DNA from: Pristiophorus japonicus
Lineage: Eukaryota
NCBI RefSeq assembly: GCF_044704955.1
Contig: NC_091990.1
Coordinates: 70,370,001-70,434,000 of the forward strand
Direction of reading: 5' to 3'
DNA length: 64,000 bases
Part shown: piece by piece, positions 59,786 to 64,000 of the stretch
Layout of the letters: each line of letters opens with the position of its first letter
How positions within the stretch are numbered: position 1 is the first letter of the stretch
Translations under genes and position numbers: made by a program
Notes under the pieces: model-generated
Told to the model about the DNA's origin: nothing
Database searches by the model: none
Seen by the model: only the letters and a program-made list of their open reading frames with translations

Positions 59786-61069
59786 TTACAGTTATTACTG
59801 ATCTGACCATAGATTGAAAACTAGGAGGCAGGTCACAGCGTATCAGAGCCAGAAGTCCAAAACACTTCGATAAAGCACTCAGGGAGAAATCAATGGAGGA
59901 AGGGAGAGGAGGTGTTTCAGGGGCTTGGGTTCTGACCGTAAACAGGATTGTGTGTTGAATCTCCTCACTTTCCTGGGTCTAAAATTATTTTGGGTACGGA
60001 GTTGTCACAATCTCAACCCTGGTGGGTCAGCTTGAGTGTGTGGTGCCAATCTGCCTGGTATTTGTTATAAATTAGCAATGTATCCATCAGATCATAAAGG
60101 GCATAATGGTGGCTGGCACCAGGGGTTAACTCTCTGAGGATTAGGTTAAGAAATGTTGTTGGGCAGAGTAAAAGGGCCTTCACTCAGCACATGGCCATGA
60201 TCTATCTGGTTCAGGGGTACTTGATGGTGACACAAGACACAAACTGCCCCACAGGGTCTGCTAACAGATCTTAACATTTCATGTATCAGAAATAAAAAGA
60301 ATTAAAGATGTTCTCCCGTCTCACCAGTTTCCCTCTCTGACTCTAGACCATTATTGAGAATATTCACCACACGGACTACAACGGCTCACCACACCTTCTC
60401 CGGAGCAGTTAGGGACGGGCCTTGTCAGTGTCGCCCACATCCCAGGATTGAATAAAGATTTTTTTTAAATACGCAACAGGCAAATTGAATTGAACAAACA
60501 AGGAGGAGATACGCTTTTGCTAAACGTTACGGGATTATCAGCTGAGCTTCTCTGTAACAGAGCAATATTGGCCAGGATACCGGGGATAGCTCTGAAAATA
60601 GAGCAAGCGACTCAGTCAGCTCTTCCAATGGGTGCGTAGAGCTGCAGTGCAAGAGATCGCAATTTTCCTGATCCTATCTTCCTCGTTGATGCCATCAATA
60701 CTGTTGCTTAGCTGATTAATGAGGACACAGTATTGGGTGATGAGAGAATGGCTTCTCAATGGTCGATGCTCCGTCTTGCGTCTGCAGTCCTCCATACTGC
60801 TTTGCCTCTCCTCTAGAGGGCCAAATGACATTGCCAATGGTGATATTACAAAATGTTGGCACTGGCATTTCAGCTCACCTCATGCATGAACGCCAACCTG
60901 TTGTGATAACTATTATAATAACTGCAAAATATAACTGACCCCATGAAACAGGCTATGTATTGGTGTCTGAAGGTGGCTTTTGTTGGAAGATGACATGAGC
61001 TTGAGAGGATATTCAAGAGCATTGTAAGATTCACCAAGCACTGTGGTTTACATGACTAAAATACATTAT

Positions 61070-61385
61070 ACAGGTGCAGCGCCTAAAATCCAGAACCTTC
61101 CGGACTTTCGATTTGCTTTCTGACATCACAAATTCGGAAATTTCCGGATTTCAGAACGCCAGAAAGAGGTGGTGGGGGAGGGGGATTCCCGCCGAGGAGC
61201 TGTTCGGCAGGGTCAGACTGTCCGAGGTCATCATCGGGCGAGCTGGCGAGGAGGCCCCAAGGTCGGGCAGTGGCAGCGAGGCGAGTAGAGGCGGGGCCCA
61301 GGGTCGTCGGGTCCGGATTGCGGAACATTTTACAGATCGCGGATAACCCTGCCACCGATTGGTCCCAGAGTTCAGGTTCTGTAGA
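61070..61385. mobile_element. Possible degraded Tc1/pogo-like MITE
   Basis: Starts TA-CAGGTG and has repeated TCCGGA/TTCGGA subterminal motifs; right terminus unclear. Confidence 0.3.
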
Positions 61386-62015
61386 ATTGGACTCTGATTG
61401 TTATAAGGTTAGAGTGCACTGGTGATGGCTTTATCCAACAGTGTGTAATATTTACTTTTAGCTGTACACTGGTCCGTTCCACCACTTGTGTAGGTTGTAG
61501 GGTGTGAGAGGAGTCAGTGTTAGAACTAAAATAAGGGCTTGAATTATTAAAGTCAAATCCCACACCTTTAGCACAGGGACACTATCCTTAATATGTCTAC
61601 AAATCAGATTTCAACAAATGATTTCAGTGTTGGGCAGAGACATTGGCTCTGGCCCAACCGTGGAACGAGGTGACCTTCACCCCAGCACCTACTTATAGAG
61701 GTAGGAAACAGCAAAGGCAAATCAAAACAGAACTCGCAGATAAATCATGATAGTTAGATCTAACATCAGGAAGCCCTGCACACACACACACAATGGCCAA
61801 TAGCTGGACTGATCCTGGAGGAACGGTGGTGAACTCTCGACTCACTTAAGAAGCAGTGGATACTGTGGCTGGAATATATGTTTCCCCGGATGAAGAGCAA
61901 CTGCATGGCCTTCTGTGGGGTGAAAGGTTTGGGAGCTGTCCCTGCTGCTCTTAGATGAAGAGCCCGGCATCTTATGTACGGTATAAATATATGCTGCACA
62001 TAGATCAATCTGTGA

Positions 62016-62572
62016 CCTGCACCACCTTCTCCCATTGGACAGCCCGGGACCCTGTACCACCCCCTCCCATTGGACAGCCCGGGACCCTGTACCACCCCCT
62101 CCCATTGGACAGCCCGGGACCCTGTACCACCCCCTCTCATTGGACAGGGAACCTCCACCACCCCCTCCCATTGGACAGCCCGGGACCCTGCACCACCCTC
62201 TCCCATTGGACAGCCCGGGACCCTGCACCACCCCCTCCCATTGGACAGCCCAGGATCCTGCACCAGCCCCTCCCATTGGGCAGCCCGGGACCCTGTACTA
62301 CCCCCTCCCATTGGACAGCCCAGGACCCTGCACCACCCCCTCCCATTGGACAGCCCAGGAACCTGCACCAGTCCCTTCCATTGGGCAGCCCGGGACCCTG
62401 TACCACCCCCTCCCATTGGACAGGGAACCTCCACCACCCCCTCCCATTGGACAATACCGGGACCCTGCACCACCCCCTCCCATTGGACAGCCCGGGACCC
62501 TGCACCACCCCCTCCCATTGGACAGCCCAGGACCCTGTACCACCCCCTCCCATTGGGCAGCCTGGGACCCTG
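62016..62572. repeat. 35-bp minisatellite (CCCATTGGACAGCCCGGGACCCTGYACCACCCCCT), ~16 copies
   Basis: Period measured 62031 to 62066. Confidence 0.95.
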
Positions 62573-63692
62573 TTCTGAAAGCCCACAATTCTCTGAGGAG
62601 ATGGGTAAGAGTATCCCAGGAGCAGACTCTGCCATTGATATTGCTGAGTTGAGCCTTCATTTGGCTATCAACAAGAAACCAAAGGTATCACCAATCAGCA
62701 CGCGCCAACTTTCCCCAACACACTGAATCAGCTCAAAACAAATCATAAAAAAGCATCAGATGACTAAAAACATGTTTCCCATCCAAAGAGATAATTAAAC
62801 CAAATTTGTGAAAATTGAATCCATCCCACTGCACAGTTAGTGACTGAAGGGCCTTCGGATTGTTTCAAACGATGATCATGGTTGGCTCGCAAATGTGATC
62901 CTGTCTCCTGAAGGGGATGCTCTGCAATCATTTTATATCTGTGGCCTTTAACAGGCTCCACTGTAACTGTCTATTATTGTAACTGTTCATGTTGTTGATA
63001 AGCAGCAGGAATCTGCGGATGACAAGAATGCACATGGTAATTTTGTAAATAAACACCGAGCAATTTTAATAAGAAATCTGTTAATGGCACAGAGATAGCT
63101 TGTATTTGCATGGACTTGTAAAAACCAACGATTAAAAATATGGGCAGCAATTGCCTGCTTATTCACGGCAAGTACATTTGTGTTATTCCAAATGGTCTTG
63201 ACTTAATCCATGTTGGCTCTTTTTTGTTCAACCTCAAATCTATGTTCTACTTCTCTTCCCCTTCTCCTTCTCTTTTCGGCTAACTTGCATCACATATTGT
63301 TCCCGGGGCATGGACAAAAGGATGAATTACTCCCCGACCTCTGTAACCGTGCACAAGCAGTGAAAGTGGAGGAGGAGAGCGAGAGCAGCACTTTACCATT
63401 AGGCTCAGACACCTCCTCACGTTAACAACACACAACTCGCACACATCACCACTTCCGCAACCCAACAAACTACAGGCACCAAAACATCTTTATATGTGCT
63501 TTGCAAATTAACATGTTGGGGACAAACTCCATTTACATAGGTGGCCTCCTTCAATACACAGGGCAGCAAATACAGCATCCTTTCCAATGGATCAATAGCT
63601 GAAAAAGTCATTCTTCACTGCTTAATATATCGGGAAAACAGTGATACTAATCCATCATCTGCATGCTCCAATGTTGTTCCCTCTGGGTGTGG

Positions 63693-64000
63693 GCAGTGTA
63701 GAAGGTGCTTTACTCTGTATCTAACCCGTGCTGTCCTGCCCTGGGAGTGTTTGATGGAACAGCGTAGAAGGTACTTTACTCTGTCTCTACCCCGTGCTGT
63801 GACTGCCCTGTGAGTGTTTGATGGGACAGTGTAGAGGGAGCTTTATTCCATATCTAACCCCGTGCTGTACATGCCCTGGGAGTGTTTAACGGGACAGTGT
63901 AGAAGGAGCTTTGCACTGTATCTAACCCATGCTGTACCTGCCCTGGGAGTGTTTGATGAGGACACTATAGAGCGAGCTTTACTCTGTATCTAACCCGGTG
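63693..64000. repeat. 67-bp tandem repeat family, runs off the window end
   Basis: Same unit as 24680-24948. Confidence 0.92.

Noticed and set aside
60616-60837. Minus-strand 73-aa ORF that looks vaguely coding (HSLITQYCVLINQ)
   Set aside because: No recognisable family, no partner exons, no convincing splice pair. It would need tBLASTn/RNA-seq support.

Overview
This is eukaryotic genomic DNA, most likely from a cartilaginous fish (shark-like). That call rests on the repeat content: CR1 LINEs with 8-bp tail repeats, a tRNA-headed Deu-domain SINE, RTE, L2 and Tx1 fragments, and 67-69 bp minisatellites. The only host gene recognised is RIMS3 (RIM3-gamma, presynaptic C2B-domain protein) on the + strand. 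Five coding exons (142/113/102/140/213 nt, all GT-AG, phases consistent) run from 28521 to the TAA at 55248, followed by a long repeat-poor 3' UTR. The first coding exon was not found and probably lies upstream of the window. Most of the rest is intronic transposon debris and tandem repeats, and most long ORFs in the track are LINE remnants or satellite translation artefacts. The best observations are: (1) a ~15-copy 31-bp minisatellite built from the last RIMS3 exon/intron junction, creating an array of 5' splice sites; (2) a 5'-inverted RTE insertion with an 11-bp target-site duplication (twin-priming geometry); (3) an old CR1 split by five nested insertions; (4) young inverted CR1 pairs bracketing the internal exons; (5) a 4.3-kb G-run satellite on the sense strand. 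I see no evidence for a wholly new multi-gene system. Repeat boundaries are estimated by eye.
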